A stretch of 64,000 nucleotides of DNA from Tropicimonas sp. (GCF_047971885.1 NZ_JBKEAE010000183.1:1504-65503); one strand, 5' to 3'; numbered from the stretch's first letter, positions 29,761 to 37,683 are shown. The notes: generated from the letters alone by a model not told the origin. Numbers and translations are program-made.

Positions 29761-29801
29761 AAAAAGGCGGCGACACCAGGGAGGAGGAGGGTGTCGCCGC
29801 C
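29761..29801 (-). terminator. Rho-independent terminator ending the DUF1127/sRNA array transcript
   Basis: Perfect 12-bp GC-rich stem followed by a T5 tract on the minus strand. Confidence 0.7.
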
Positions 29802-29839
29802 AAAAGACAGAAAACCCAGGGAGGAGGAAGGGTTTCCTG
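29761..29839 (-). ncRNA. ccsR: CcsR/cuckoo-type sRNA unit (unit D, last of array; its distal hairpin doubles as terminator)
   Basis: Hairpin CAGAAAACCC-loop(GGGAGGAGG)-GGGTTTCCTG at 29808-29839. Hairpin with 12-bp stem GGCGGCGACACC/GGTGTCGCCGCC at 29766-29801 and loop AGGGAGGAGGAG, followed on the minus strand by UUUUU (29765-29761). Confidence 0.7.
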
Positions 29840-29878
29840 ATCTCGTTCCGGCACCGCTGCGGGTGCCTTGAAACTTGT

Positions 29879-29948
29879 GCGGCAGCTCCAGGGAGGAGGA
29901 GGGAGCTGCCGCTGAAACAGAAAGCCCCGGGAGGAGGTGGGGTTCCTG
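29879..29948 (-). ncRNA. ccsR: CcsR/cuckoo-type sRNA unit (unit C)
   Basis: Hairpin with 11-bp stem GCGGCAGCTCC/GGAGCTGCCGC at 29879-29912 and loop AGGGAGGAGGAG. Second hairpin at 29918-29948 with loop GGGAGGAGGT. Confidence 0.7.
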
Positions 29949-30008
29949 TATTCCGTATCGAACGCACCGCATCGGTGCCGGGTGCCCCGCGTTCGGGGCC
30001 GAACAGGT

Positions 30009-30080
30009 GCGGCGCATCAGGGAGGAACGATGCCGCCGCCGAGACCGGAACCCAGGGAGGAGGACGGGTTTGCCTGTCTC
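30009..30080 (-). ncRNA. ccsR: CcsR/cuckoo-type sRNA unit (unit B; one loop degenerate)
   Basis: Hairpin 30009-30039 has loop AGGGAGGAAC, a degenerate motif. Hairpin about 30041-30080 has loop GGGAGGAGG at 30055-30063. Confidence 0.6.
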
Positions 30081-30126
30081 GAACTCTGCCTGAACAATCC
30101 GATGGATCGTTCGGCCATGATCTGGT

Positions 30127-30197
30127 GGCGATGGCATCAGGGAGGAGGAAGATGCCATCGCCGTATCAGAAAACCCAGGGAGGAGGACGGGTTTCTG
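30127..30197 (-). ncRNA. ccsR: CcsR/cuckoo-type sRNA unit (unit A, first after the DUF1127 gene)
   Basis: Hairpin with 12-bp stem GGCGATGGCATC/GATGCCATCGCC at 30127-30162 and loop AGGGAGGAGGAA. Hairpin CAGAAAACCC/GGGTTTCTG at 30167-30197 with loop AGGGAGGAGGAC. Begins 16 nt downstream of the DUF1127 stop at 30213. Confidence 0.7.
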
Positions 30198-30212
30198 AAA
30201 CTCTTGTCTCGT

Positions 30213-30422
30213 TCAGCCGCCGAAGGCGGTCCTGTGCGCTATCATATGGACACTGCGCCGGCTCAATCCAATATGTGCCAACTCGTCGTCCGTCAGCGCA
30301 GCGAAATCCCTGACCAGCCGACGATAGCTGTCCAACTGTTCAAATTTCGTCAACAGAGCAGCGAAAACCCTGCGGGTCGCAGCGCGACGCGGTTTGCCCG
30401 CCGTCCGTTGTGTCTCCGTCAT
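30213..30422 (-). CDS. DUF1127 domain protein (paralog 3; CcaF1-like position upstream of the sRNA array)
   Basis: 69 aa from MTETQRTAGKPRRAATRRVFAALLTKFEQLDSYRRLVRDFAALTDDELAHIGLSRRSV. ATG 30422 is preceded by AGGAAG; an alternative GTG start lies at 30446. Confidence 0.8.
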   Translation of the reverse strand: MTETQRTAGKPRRAATRRVFAALLTKFEQLDSYRRLVRDFAALTDDELAHIGLSRRSVHMIAHRTAFGG

Positions 30423-30511
30423 TGCTTCAGCTTCCTGCTTCTGCACCCGGGCTTTCGGCTCGATTTGTCCCAGCTTGAACTTGCCGGTTGTTAGCGCCGC
30501 GAACCCGGAAT

Positions 30512-30536
30512 GTTAGCGCCCTTCGTTGACTTCAAG
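30512..30536 (-). promoter_or_regulatory. Putative sigma32/RpoH-like promoter of the DUF1127-sRNA operon
   Basis: Minus strand reads CTTGAA-N14-CTAACAT. Same architecture as 29468-29492. About 85 nt upstream of ATG 30422. Confidence 0.4.
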
Positions 30537-30721
30537 ATATCGTCCGGCGAGGTGTTTGCAATTGCTCTAAACTTCAATGCCGCTATGCAGCATTTGCATA
30601 TGTCCTGCTGACCTGTTTTTGTGACATTGCGCCCCTTATCCGTGCAAGGTTGAAACTCGGCTTGCGTCGGGAGCATGGCGGTATAGGTCTGGACGGTGAA
30701 ATTCGAGGAATTGGGGGAAAT

Positions 30722-31813
30722 ATGCCCGTAACGCGTGACGATGTTGTCAAGGTACTGCGCACGATCAACCTCGCCGATGGTGGCAATCTGGTCGCACGTG
30801 ACATGGTGCGTGCGCTCGACGTCGATTCGAGCGGGGCGGTCCGTTTTGTCATCGAGGCCGAATCTCCTGACATGGCGCGGAGCATGGAGCCGGTGCGCCG
30901 GGCGGCCGAAGCTGCCGTTGCCGGGCTTGAGGGCGTATCGTCGGTATCGGTGGTGCTGACCGCGCACGGGCCGGCGGCGCGGCCGGCGCCTGCGGGTCCG
31001 CCGCCCGATCTCAAGATCGGCAAACACCCCTCGCCGCGCCAGCAGGCGGGGCCGGCCGCAATCCCAGGTGTCGACCGGGTAATCGCCGTCGGGTCGGGCA
31101 AGGCCGGGGTGGGAAAATCGACCGTTTCGGCCAACCTCGCCGTGGCGCTGGCGCGTCAGGGGCGCCGGGTCGGGCTTCTCGACGCCGATATATACGGCCC
31201 GTCGCAGCCGCGCATGATGGGGACCCACCGCCGCCCGTCTTCGCCGGACGGCAAGACGATCGAACCGCTCCGGGCGCATGGCGTGACCTTCATGTCGATC
31301 GGGCTCATGCTGAAGGAGGCCGAGGCGGTGATCTGGCGCGGCCCGATGCTGATGGGGGCGTTGCAGCAGATGATGGAGCAGGTCGCCTGGGGCGATCTCG
31401 ACGTGCTGGTCATCGACCTGCCGCCGGGAACGGGCGATGTGCAACTCACGCTCGGGCAGCGCTACCGGACAACCGGCGCGCTGGTGGTCTCAACGCCGCA
31501 GGATGTGGCGCTGCTCGACGCGCGCCGCGCCATCGACATGTTCGGCAGGTTGAACGTGCCGGTGCTGGGCCTGATCGAGAACATGTCGACATATATATGT
31601 CCCAATTGCGGCCACGAGGCGCATCTGTTCGGGCACGGCGGCGTGGCGGCCGAGGCCGGAAAGCTCGGCGTGCCCTTCCTGGGGGAACTGCCGCTCGAAC
31701 TCGAGACCCGGGTCGCCGGGGACGAGGGGCGCCCGATCGCCCTGGGCGACGGCCCGGCGGCGGAATCCTATGCGGCGATCGCCAGCCGCCTGATTGCCGA
31801 AAACAAGGCCTGA
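30722..31813 (+). CDS. apbC: Iron-sulfur cluster carrier ATPase ApbC/Mrp
   Basis: 363 aa from MPVTRDDVVKVLRTI (DUF59-like N-domain). Deviant Walker A GSGKAGVGKST and CPNCGH motif. Internal start of ORF 30650..31813. Confidence 0.9.
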   Translation: MPVTRDDVVKVLRTINLADGGNLVARDMVRALDVDSSGAVRFVIEAESPDMARSMEPVRRAAEAAVAGLEGVSSVSVVLTAHGPAARPAPAGPPPDLKIGKHPSPRQQAGPAAIPGVDRVIAVGSGKAGVGKSTVSANLAVALARQGRRVGLLDADIYGPSQPRMMGTHRRPSSPDGKTIEPLRAHGVTFMSIGLMLKEAEAVIWRGPMLMGALQQMMEQVAWGDLDVLVIDLPPGTGDVQLTLGQRYRTTGALVVSTPQDVALLDARRAIDMFGRLNVPVLGLIENMSTYICPNCGHEAHLFGHGGVAAEAGKLGVPFLGELPLELETRVAGDEGRPIALGDGPAAESYAAIASRLIAENKA

Positions 31814-31832
31814 CAGAACTGCCGATGGCCGG

Positions 31833-31858
31833 CCCGTGCCGGTGGGCGCGGGCACGGG
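31833..31858 (+). terminator. Possible terminator hairpin after apbC
   Basis: 8-bp stem CCCGTGCC/GGCACGGG followed by TTCCGTGTG, a weak T-tract. Confidence 0.35.
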
Positions 31859-32192
31859 TTCCGTGTGCCGGGCGGGTCTCATGGGAAATCATGGGCCGGA
31901 CGATAAGAAGCGTGCCCACGCGCCGAATCTTCAGGCCGATAGCGCGGTGATTCGGCTGAATCGGGCCTGAAACCGGCGAATTTCGTCACCGGAAGTGGTC
32001 GGGAATCGCCCCTGTGGGCAGCATTCGCGGGATTTTATGGGTTTTTTCGTCCAAGATCCCGACGCCCATATATCGTGTTCCATTTCGGCTTGTGCGCAAC
32101 CTGTACTCAAAATGAACCCCAAGACCCCTGCTTTTCGCGTTGTCTCAGGTCTGGAATACCCGTCCTGTGGGCTGTCGGCCCATAAAGTGGTA

Positions 32193-32221
32193 TTGATTTC
32201 CATGAAATCCCACGGCATAAA
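32193..32221 (+). promoter_or_regulatory. Sigma70-like promoter of the dcw leader (TTGATT-N17-CATAAA)
   Basis: TTGATT at 32193-32198, 17-nt spacer, CATAAA at 32216-32221. Lies about 270 nt upstream of the mraZ start. Confidence 0.45.
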
Positions 32222-32227
32222 GGATCA

Positions 32228-32438
32228 CACGATGAGGACGGGCAGACAAAGGGGCGCAAGACCCCGGAACTTCCCAAAGTCAGGTTTCATACAGGCACCC
32301 GCTTTCATCGAACAAGAGATCCGACGCGTGAGCGAGCAGACATCCCCCCAGGTGGCACGCGCGATCGGACGCACCCAGCGATGGGACGAGGGCGGCGGAC
32401 CGGACTTTGGCAGCAGTTCGGTCCGCCGTTTTCATTTC
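32228..32438 (+). ncRNA. upsM: UpsM-like leader sRNA of the dcw cluster (promoter-proximal, terminated upstream of mraZ)
   Basis: About 205-210 nt lie between the predicted TSS and an intrinsic terminator. No credible ORF. Position and size match the UpsM RNA described for Rhodobacter sphaeroides. Confidence 0.5.
32394..32438 (+). terminator. Rho-independent terminator/attenuator in the mraZ leader
   Basis: 9-bp stem GGCGGACCG/CGGTCCGCC (32394-32402 / 32419-32427) followed by GTTTTCATTTC. Sits 53 nt upstream of the mraZ GTG. Confidence 0.65.
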
Positions 32439-32490
32439 AGCCCCCGGGGTGGCTCCGGGGGCGGGACAGAGGCAGCAAGGGGCGCTGAAA

Positions 32491-32994
32491 GTGGCGCGAC
32501 GGTTCAGAGGCGAAGGGCTCCACAAGGTGGACACGAAGGGCAGGGTCTCGATCCCGGCCCTGTTCCGCCGTGTGCTCGAAGCCAATGACGAGGAAGATGC
32601 CGATCCGAAATGTCCGAGCCTCGTCATCCACTACGGCCCTGCCGAGAGGCAGCATTTCATCGAATGCTACACGATGGCCGCCGCCGCCGAGGTCGATGCG
32701 CGTATCGCCGCGCTTCCCCGGGGATCGAAGGAGCGCCGGTTTCTCGAAAGCTATTTCCACGGCAAGTCGCAGCAGACCACGGTTGACGAAACCGGGCGGC
32801 TTGTCCTGTCGAAAGCGTTGCGCGATTTGCTCGGGTTGACCGACGAGGCGAAGTTCGTCGGTTCGGGCGACACCTTCAAGATCTGGAATCCGGGCACCTA
32901 CGAGGCGGAAGTCGTTGCGAACGACGAGGAGATGCTCGACGATCTGCCGGAGGGTGCCGATCCGCTGACGATGCTGGAGGGGGGCGCGTTCTGA
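32491..32994 (+). CDS. mraZ: Transcriptional regulator MraZ
   Basis: 167 aa from GTG 32491: (M)ARRFRGEGLHKVDTKGRVSIPALFRRVLE, the typical MraZ N-terminus. Two SpoVT/AbrB-like halves (second: VDETGRLVLSKALRD). Confidence 0.9.
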   Translation: MARRFRGEGLHKVDTKGRVSIPALFRRVLEANDEEDADPKCPSLVIHYGPAERQHFIECYTMAAAAEVDARIAALPRGSKERRFLESYFHGKSQQTTVDETGRLVLSKALRDLLGLTDEAKFVGSGDTFKIWNPGTYEAEVVANDEEMLDDLPEGADPLTMLEGGAF

Positions 32995-32997
32995 GCC

Positions 32998-33999
32998 ATG
33001 GCCGCCGCCGCCCCGACCACCGGCCCCGCCACGCCGCACATCCCGGTTCTGATTGATCCTCTGATCGCGGCGGTCTCGCCGGTGGCGGGAATCTGGCTGG
33101 ATGGAACCTTTGGCGCCGGCGGCTACGCGCGGCGCCTGCTTGATGCCGGCGCTGCGCGGGTGATCGGCGTGGATCGTGACCCGGATGCGCTGGCGCTGGC
33201 CGGTCCGCTTGCCGCCGAATATGGCGAGCGGCTGCGCCTGATCGAGGGGTGGTTCTCGGCGCTTGACGTGCTGGCGGGTACGCCGCTCGACGGGGTGGTA
33301 CTGGATCTCGGCGTTTCCTCCATGCAGCTCGACCAGCCGGATCGCGGGTTCTCGTTCCAGAAGGACGGCCCGCTGGACATGCGGATGAGCGGCACCGGCC
33401 CGACGGCGGCCGATCTGGTCAACGGTTCGAGCGAAGCCGTGCTGGCCGATTACATCTATCACTATGGCGAGGAGCGTGCCGCGCGCCGCATCGCGCGGGC
33501 GATCGTCGCACGGCGGCCGTTCGGGCGCACCCTGCAACTGGCCGAGGTGGTTTCATCCTGTCTGCCACGGCCGAAGCCCGGGCAGATTCACCCCGCGACA
33601 CGCACATTCCAGGGGCTCCGCATTGCGGTCAACGACGAGTTCGGCGAACTGATCGCCGGTCTGGCCGCGGCCGAACGGGCGTTGCGTCCGGGCGGGAAAC
33701 TGGCGGTCGTCACCTTTCATTCGCTGGAAGATCGCGTGGTCAAGCGCTTCCTGCTGGCGCGGTCCGGGCATTCGGCGCGGCCGAGCCGGCACGCGCCCGA
33801 ATCGGTGCCGGGCGAGGCGCAATTCCGTCTGATCTCGCGCAGGGCAATTGCGCCCACGGATGCCGAGGTGGCGCGCAATCCGCGCGCCCGCTCGGCGAAA
33901 CTGCGCGTCGCCGAACGCACCGCTGCGCCGTCCGTCCCGGTCGACCGCGCCGCGATGGGCCTGCCGGGACCGAAGGACTGGTGGAGGGAGCCTGCATGA
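32998..33999 (+). CDS. rsmH: 16S rRNA (cytosine1402-N4)-methyltransferase
   Basis: 333 aa. [24 protein letters not shown] and FHSLEDR motifs. Confidence 0.95.
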   Translation: MAAAAPTTGPATPHIPVLIDPLIAAVSPVAGIWLDGTFGAGGYARRLLDAGAARVIGVDRDPDALALAGPLAAEYGERLRLIEGWFSALDVLAGTPLDGVVLDLGVSSMQLDQPDRGFSFQKDGPLDMRMSGTGPTAADLVNGSSEAVLADYIYHYGEERAARRIARAIVARRPFGRTLQLAEVVSSCLPRPKPGQIHPATRTFQGLRIAVNDEFGELIAGLAAAERALRPGGKLAVVTFHSLEDRVVKRFLLARSGHSARPSRHAPESVPGEAQFRLISRRAIAPTDAEVARNPRARSAKLRVAERTAAPSVPVDRAAMGLPGPKDWWREPA

Positions 34000-34349
34000 G
34001 AACCTTGTTTTACCTGACATCCGCGTTGGTTGTGATGGGGCTCGCGTTCTGGGCCTATCAGGAGAATTACCAGACCCAGTCCGCGCTCAAGCGGTCCGCC
34101 GCGCTCAAGCGCGAACTTGGGGAACTGCGCGAGACGCTGGCGGTGCTTGAGGCCGAATGGGCCTATCTCAACCGGCCGGCGCGGCTGGCCGAACTGGCCG
34201 AGATCAATTTCGACAGTCTGGGCCTGCTGCCGCTCAGGCCGGAACAGTTCGGCGCGGTCGAGCAGGTCGCCTATCCGCGGCCCGAGATCGATGTCACCGA
34301 CCCCATCGAGATTGCCGGCAGATTGCACCCCGGAGAGGAATTTCCATGA
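33996..34349 (+). CDS. ftsL: Cell division protein FtsL
   Basis: 117 aa from [28 protein letters not shown]: single TM plus coiled coil. ATGA overlap with the rsmH stop; GGAGGGA RBS. Confidence 0.8.
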   Translation: MRTLFYLTSALVVMGLAFWAYQENYQTQSALKRSAALKRELGELRETLAVLEAEWAYLNRPARLAELAEINFDSLGLLPLRPEQFGAVEQVAYPRPEIDVTDPIEIAGRLHPGEEFP

Positions 34350-36130
34350 CCAGAACGCCGCTGCGCCCGCTGCCCCGGATTCTGTCGGCACGCGCCCGGG
34401 GTGAAAACCCCGACGCCATCGAGCGCGAGAACCTGCGGCTCAGACATGAAAAGATGCGGGACAAGGCGCGCCGCCGGGCCGAGGGGCGGCTTCTTGTGCT
34501 CGGGCTGTGCTTTTTCTGTGCCTTTACCGTCATCGGCGTGCGGATGGGGCTTTTGGCGGCGACCGAACCGTCCGAGGTTCAGATTGCCGATACCGGATCG
34601 GATATCGTGGCGCAGCGCGCCAACATCGTCGACCGCAACGGCCGGCTGCTGGCGACCAATCTGTCGACCCATTCTCTTTATGCCCAGCCGCAGCAGATGG
34701 TCGAGCCGCTGCGGGCTGCCGAGGAACTGGCGAAGATCTTTCCCGACCTCGACGCGGAAAAGCTCAAGGCGCAGTTCGCCGGCAAGCGCAAGTTCCTGTG
34801 GGTCAAGAAGAAACTCAGCCCCGAACAGATGCAGGCGGTTCACGACATCGGCGAACCGGGCCTGCTGTTCGGCCCGCGCGAGATGCGGCTCTATCCCAAC
34901 GGGCGGCTGGCCGCCCATGTGCTGGGCGGTGCCAGTTTCGGCCGCGAGGGCGTGCATTCGGCCGAGGTCATCGGCACCGCAGGGGTCGAGAAGTACTTCG
35001 ATGCCTGGCTGCGCGATCCGGCGAACAACGGCGCGCCGCTGCAGCTTTCGATCGACCTGACGGTTCAGGCGGCGGCGCGCGAGGTGCTCGAAGGCGGCAT
35101 GCGGCTGATGAACGCCAAGGGCGCCAGCGTGGTGCTGATGGATGTGCACACGGGCGAAATCCTGTCGATGGTCTCGTTGCCCGATTTCGACCCGAACGAC
35201 CGGCCGAAGCCGCTGGTCAAGGGCGATGCCGGCGACAGTCCGCTGTTCAACCGGGCGGTTCAGGGGGTTTACGAGCTTGGCTCGGTCTTCAAGATATTCG
35301 CCGCGACACAGGCGATGGATCTGGGGCTGGTCAACCCTGCCACGATCATCGACGCCAACGCGCCGATGCACTGGGGCAGGTTCAAGATCAAGGAATTCCA
35401 CAACAAGAACTACGGTAGGCTTTCGGTAACCGACGTGATCGTGAAATCCTCGAACGTCGGAACGGCGAGGATGGCACTGGCGGTTGGCGGTGCGCGGCAG
35501 AAGGAATTTCTCGGGACGCTCGGTTTTCTCGAACCGACACCGCTGGAAATGGTCGAGGCGCCGACCGGCAAGCCGCTTGTCCCCAGCCGCTGGTCGGAGA
35601 TCAGCACCATCACCATCTCCTACGGGCACGGGATCAGCGCCAGTCCGGTGCATCTGGCCGCCGGCTATGCCTCGATCCTGAACGGCGGCACGCGAATCAG
35701 GCCGACCCTTCTGCGTCAGGACGGGCCGCAGATGGGCCAAAGGGTCGTCTCGCCCGAGGCGTCGGCGGCCGCGCGCTCGATGCTGCGCCAGGTGGTCAGC
35801 CGCGGCACGGCGAGTTTCGGTGAGGTGCCGGGCTACGCGGTGGGTGGAAAGACCGGAACGGCCGACAAGCCCAAGCCGCGCGGCGGGTATTACAAGGACA
35901 AGGTTGTGGCGACCTTCGCCTGCATATTCCCCGCCTACGATCCCCGATACGTGCTGATCCTGACGCTCGACGAACCGGTCGAAACCTCGGGCAGCCAGCC
36001 GCGCCGCACCGCCGGCTGGACGTCGGTTCCGGTCGCCGCCGAGATGATCCGCCGTACCGCGCCGCTTCTGGGCCTCATGCCGGCCGAGGAACCGGAACCG
36101 GCGCCGGCCGTTGTCCGCGTATCGAATTGA
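34346..36130 (+). CDS. ftsI: Peptidoglycan D,D-transpeptidase FtsI (PBP3)
   Basis: 594 aa from [12 protein letters not shown] with an N-terminal TM. SVFK (SxxK), SSN and KTGT motifs. ATGA overlap with ftsL. Confidence 0.9.
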   Translation: MTRTPLRPLPRILSARARGENPDAIERENLRLRHEKMRDKARRRAEGRLLVLGLCFFCAFTVIGVRMGLLAATEPSEVQIADTGSDIVAQRANIVDRNGRLLATNLSTHSLYAQPQQMVEPLRAAEELAKIFPDLDAEKLKAQFAGKRKFLWVKKKLSPEQMQAVHDIGEPGLLFGPREMRLYPNGRLAAHVLGGASFGREGVHSAEVIGTAGVEKYFDAWLRDPANNGAPLQLSIDLTVQAAAREVLEGGMRLMNAKGASVVLMDVHTGEILSMVSLPDFDPNDRPKPLVKGDAGDSPLFNRAVQGVYELGSVFKIFAATQAMDLGLVNPATIIDANAPMHWGRFKIKEFHNKNYGRLSVTDVIVKSSNVGTARMALAVGGARQKEFLGTLGFLEPTPLEMVEAPTGKPLVPSRWSEISTITISYGHGISASPVHLAAGYASILNGGTRIRPTLLRQDGPQMGQRVVSPEASAAARSMLRQVVSRGTASFGEVPGYAVGGKTGTADKPKPRGGYYKDKVVATFACIFPAYDPRYVLILTLDEPVETSGSQPRRTAGWTSVPVAAEMIRRTAPLLGLMPAEEPEPAPAVVRVSN

Positions 36131-36195
36131 CCGGTGGACCCGGCGTGGAAAACGCCGGAAAAGGGGGAAAGAACAAAGACCGGGGGAGGTCGCGA

Positions 36196-37683
36196 ATGAC
36201 GGTAGAGCAGGTAAAATCGCTGGCGCAACTCGGGCTCACCGCACAGGGGGGCGACGACGCGCGGGTTACGGGGCTTGCCGTCGACAGCCGCGAGGTCAAG
36301 CCCGGCTATCTGTTTGCCGCCCTGCCCGGCACCCGCATCCACGGGGCCGAATTTGCCGGCTATGCGCTTCGCATGGGGGCGGGTGCGATCCTGACCGACA
36401 GCGCGGGTGCGCGGATCGCCGCCGCCGAACTGGCGGATCACCCCGCCGCGCTGGTCATCGCCGAGGATCCGCGCGCCGCGCTGGCCGGCGCGGCGGCGCT
36501 CTGGTTCGAGGCGCAGCCGGACGTGATGGTGGCGGTTACCGGGACCAACGGCAAGACCTCGGTGGCGAGCTTCACGCGCCAGATCTGGTCGGCGATGGGG
36601 TTTTCGGCGATCAACATCGGCACGACCGGGGTCGAGGGCGCGTGGGAGGCCCCGTTGCACCATACCACGCCAGAGCCGGTCACCCTGCATCGCCTGCTGG
36701 CCGAGGCCGTGGCGCACGGCGTGACCCATGCGGCGATGGAGGCGTCGTCGCACGGGCTGGCGCAGCGGCGGCTCGACGGTGTGCGTCTGGTGGCGGCGGG
36801 CTTTACCAACTTGACGCAGGATCATCTCGATTATCACCCCGATCTCGATGCCTATTTCGCCGCCAAGGCAAGCCTTTTCACCCGCGTCCTGAGCGAGGAC
36901 GGCGTGGCCGTGATCGAGGCGGATTCGGCGCGTGGCGCCATGATGGCCGATATCGCCGACGCCGCCGGGCTCGAGGTGATCCGCGTCGGGCGTGGCGCCG
37001 GCTGCCAGTTGCGCCTGCTTGGCCTGCGCTTCGATGATACCGGGCAGGACCTGCGCTTTTCGTGGAACGGGACGGTGCGGCAGGCGCGCCTGCGGCTGAT
37101 CGGCGGTTTCCAGTCCGAGAACGTGATGGTCGCGGCGGGGCTGGCCATCGGGTCGGGCTGCGATCCGGTCGAGGTCTTCAACGTCTTGCCGCAGCTTCGG
37201 GGGGTGCGCGGACGCATGCAGCTTGTCGCGACGCGCGACAACGGCGCGCCGGTCTATGTCGATTACGCCCATACGCCCGATGCGCTGGCCACCGCGCTCG
37301 CGGCGCTCAGGCCGCATGTCATGGGTCGGCTGATCTGCGTTTTCGGCGCCGGCGGCGACCGGGATCGGGGCAAGCGCCCGCTGATGGGCGCGGCGGTCGC
37401 CGAAAACGCCGACGTGGCCATCGTGACCGACGACAATCCGCGCGGCGAAGACCCGGCGGCGATCCGGGCCGCGGTGATGCAGGGCTGCCCCGACGCGACC
37501 GAGGTGCCCGACCGGGCCGAGGCGATCCTGCGCGGGGTCGATGCGTTGCAGCCGGGCGATGCGCTGCTGATTGCCGGCAAGGGGCACGAAACCGGCCAGA
37601 CGGTGGGCGATGTCGTCTATCCCTTCGACGATGCGGAGCAGGCAAGCGTGGCGGTGGCCGCGCTCGACGGGCACCTGACATGA
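36196..37683 (+). CDS. murE: UDP-N-acetylmuramoyl-L-alanyl-D-glutamate--2,6-diaminopimelate ligase
   Basis: 495 aa from MTVEQVKSLAQLGL. VTGTNGKTS P-loop and DNPR motif. Confidence 0.95.
   Translation: MTVEQVKSLAQLGLTAQGGDDARVTGLAVDSREVKPGYLFAALPGTRIHGAEFAGYALRMGAGAILTDSAGARIAAAELADHPAALVIAEDPRAALAGAAALWFEAQPDVMVAVTGTNGKTSVASFTRQIWSAMGFSAINIGTTGVEGAWEAPLHHTTPEPVTLHRLLAEAVAHGVTHAAMEASSHGLAQRRLDGVRLVAAGFTNLTQDHLDYHPDLDAYFAAKASLFTRVLSEDGVAVIEADSARGAMMADIADAAGLEVIRVGRGAGCQLRLLGLRFDDTGQDLRFSWNGTVRQARLRLIGGFQSENVMVAAGLAIGSGCDPVEVFNVLPQLRGVRGRMQLVATRDNGAPVYVDYAHTPDALATALAALRPHVMGRLICVFGAGGDRDRGKRPLMGAAVAENADVAIVTDDNPRGEDPAAIRAAVMQGCPDATEVPDRAEAILRGVDALQPGDALLIAGKGHETGQTVGDVVYPFDDAEQASVAVAALDGHLT

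Noticed and set aside
29100-30200. Possible CRISPR array suggested by the regularly recurring GGGAGGAGG motif
   Set aside because: The repeated element is only a 9-nt loop motif inside hairpins whose stems differ from copy to copy. There is no 25-40 nt identical repeat, no uniform spacers and no cas genes. The two-hairpin unit structure fits CcsR/cuckoo sRNAs instead.
29609-30494. Plus-strand ORFs 29609..30313 (234 aa) and 29937..30494 (185 aa) spanning the sRNA array
   Set aside because: They are Gly/Arg-rich translations of the GGGAGGAGG repeats and of the antisense strand of a DUF1127 gene. They have no plausible RBS or start context, and the hairpins and terminator polarity point to minus-strand RNA genes.
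32395-32412. RNase P RNA (rnpB) on the minus strand, suggested by AAAGUCCGG and GUGCCA..CUGGGGGG words
   Set aside because: The other universally conserved RNase P blocks (GAGGAAAGUCCGGGCUC context, ACAGAAA, GGUAAGGGUGAAA and others) are absent. On the plus strand the word forms the loop and stem of a clean intrinsic terminator.
31995-32588. 197-aa plus-strand ORF covering the mraZ leader and running into mraZ
   Set aside because: It has no RBS and an unusual composition. It crosses a strong terminator hairpin and overlaps the well-supported mraZ start region. The region is better explained as a non-coding leader (UpsM-like).
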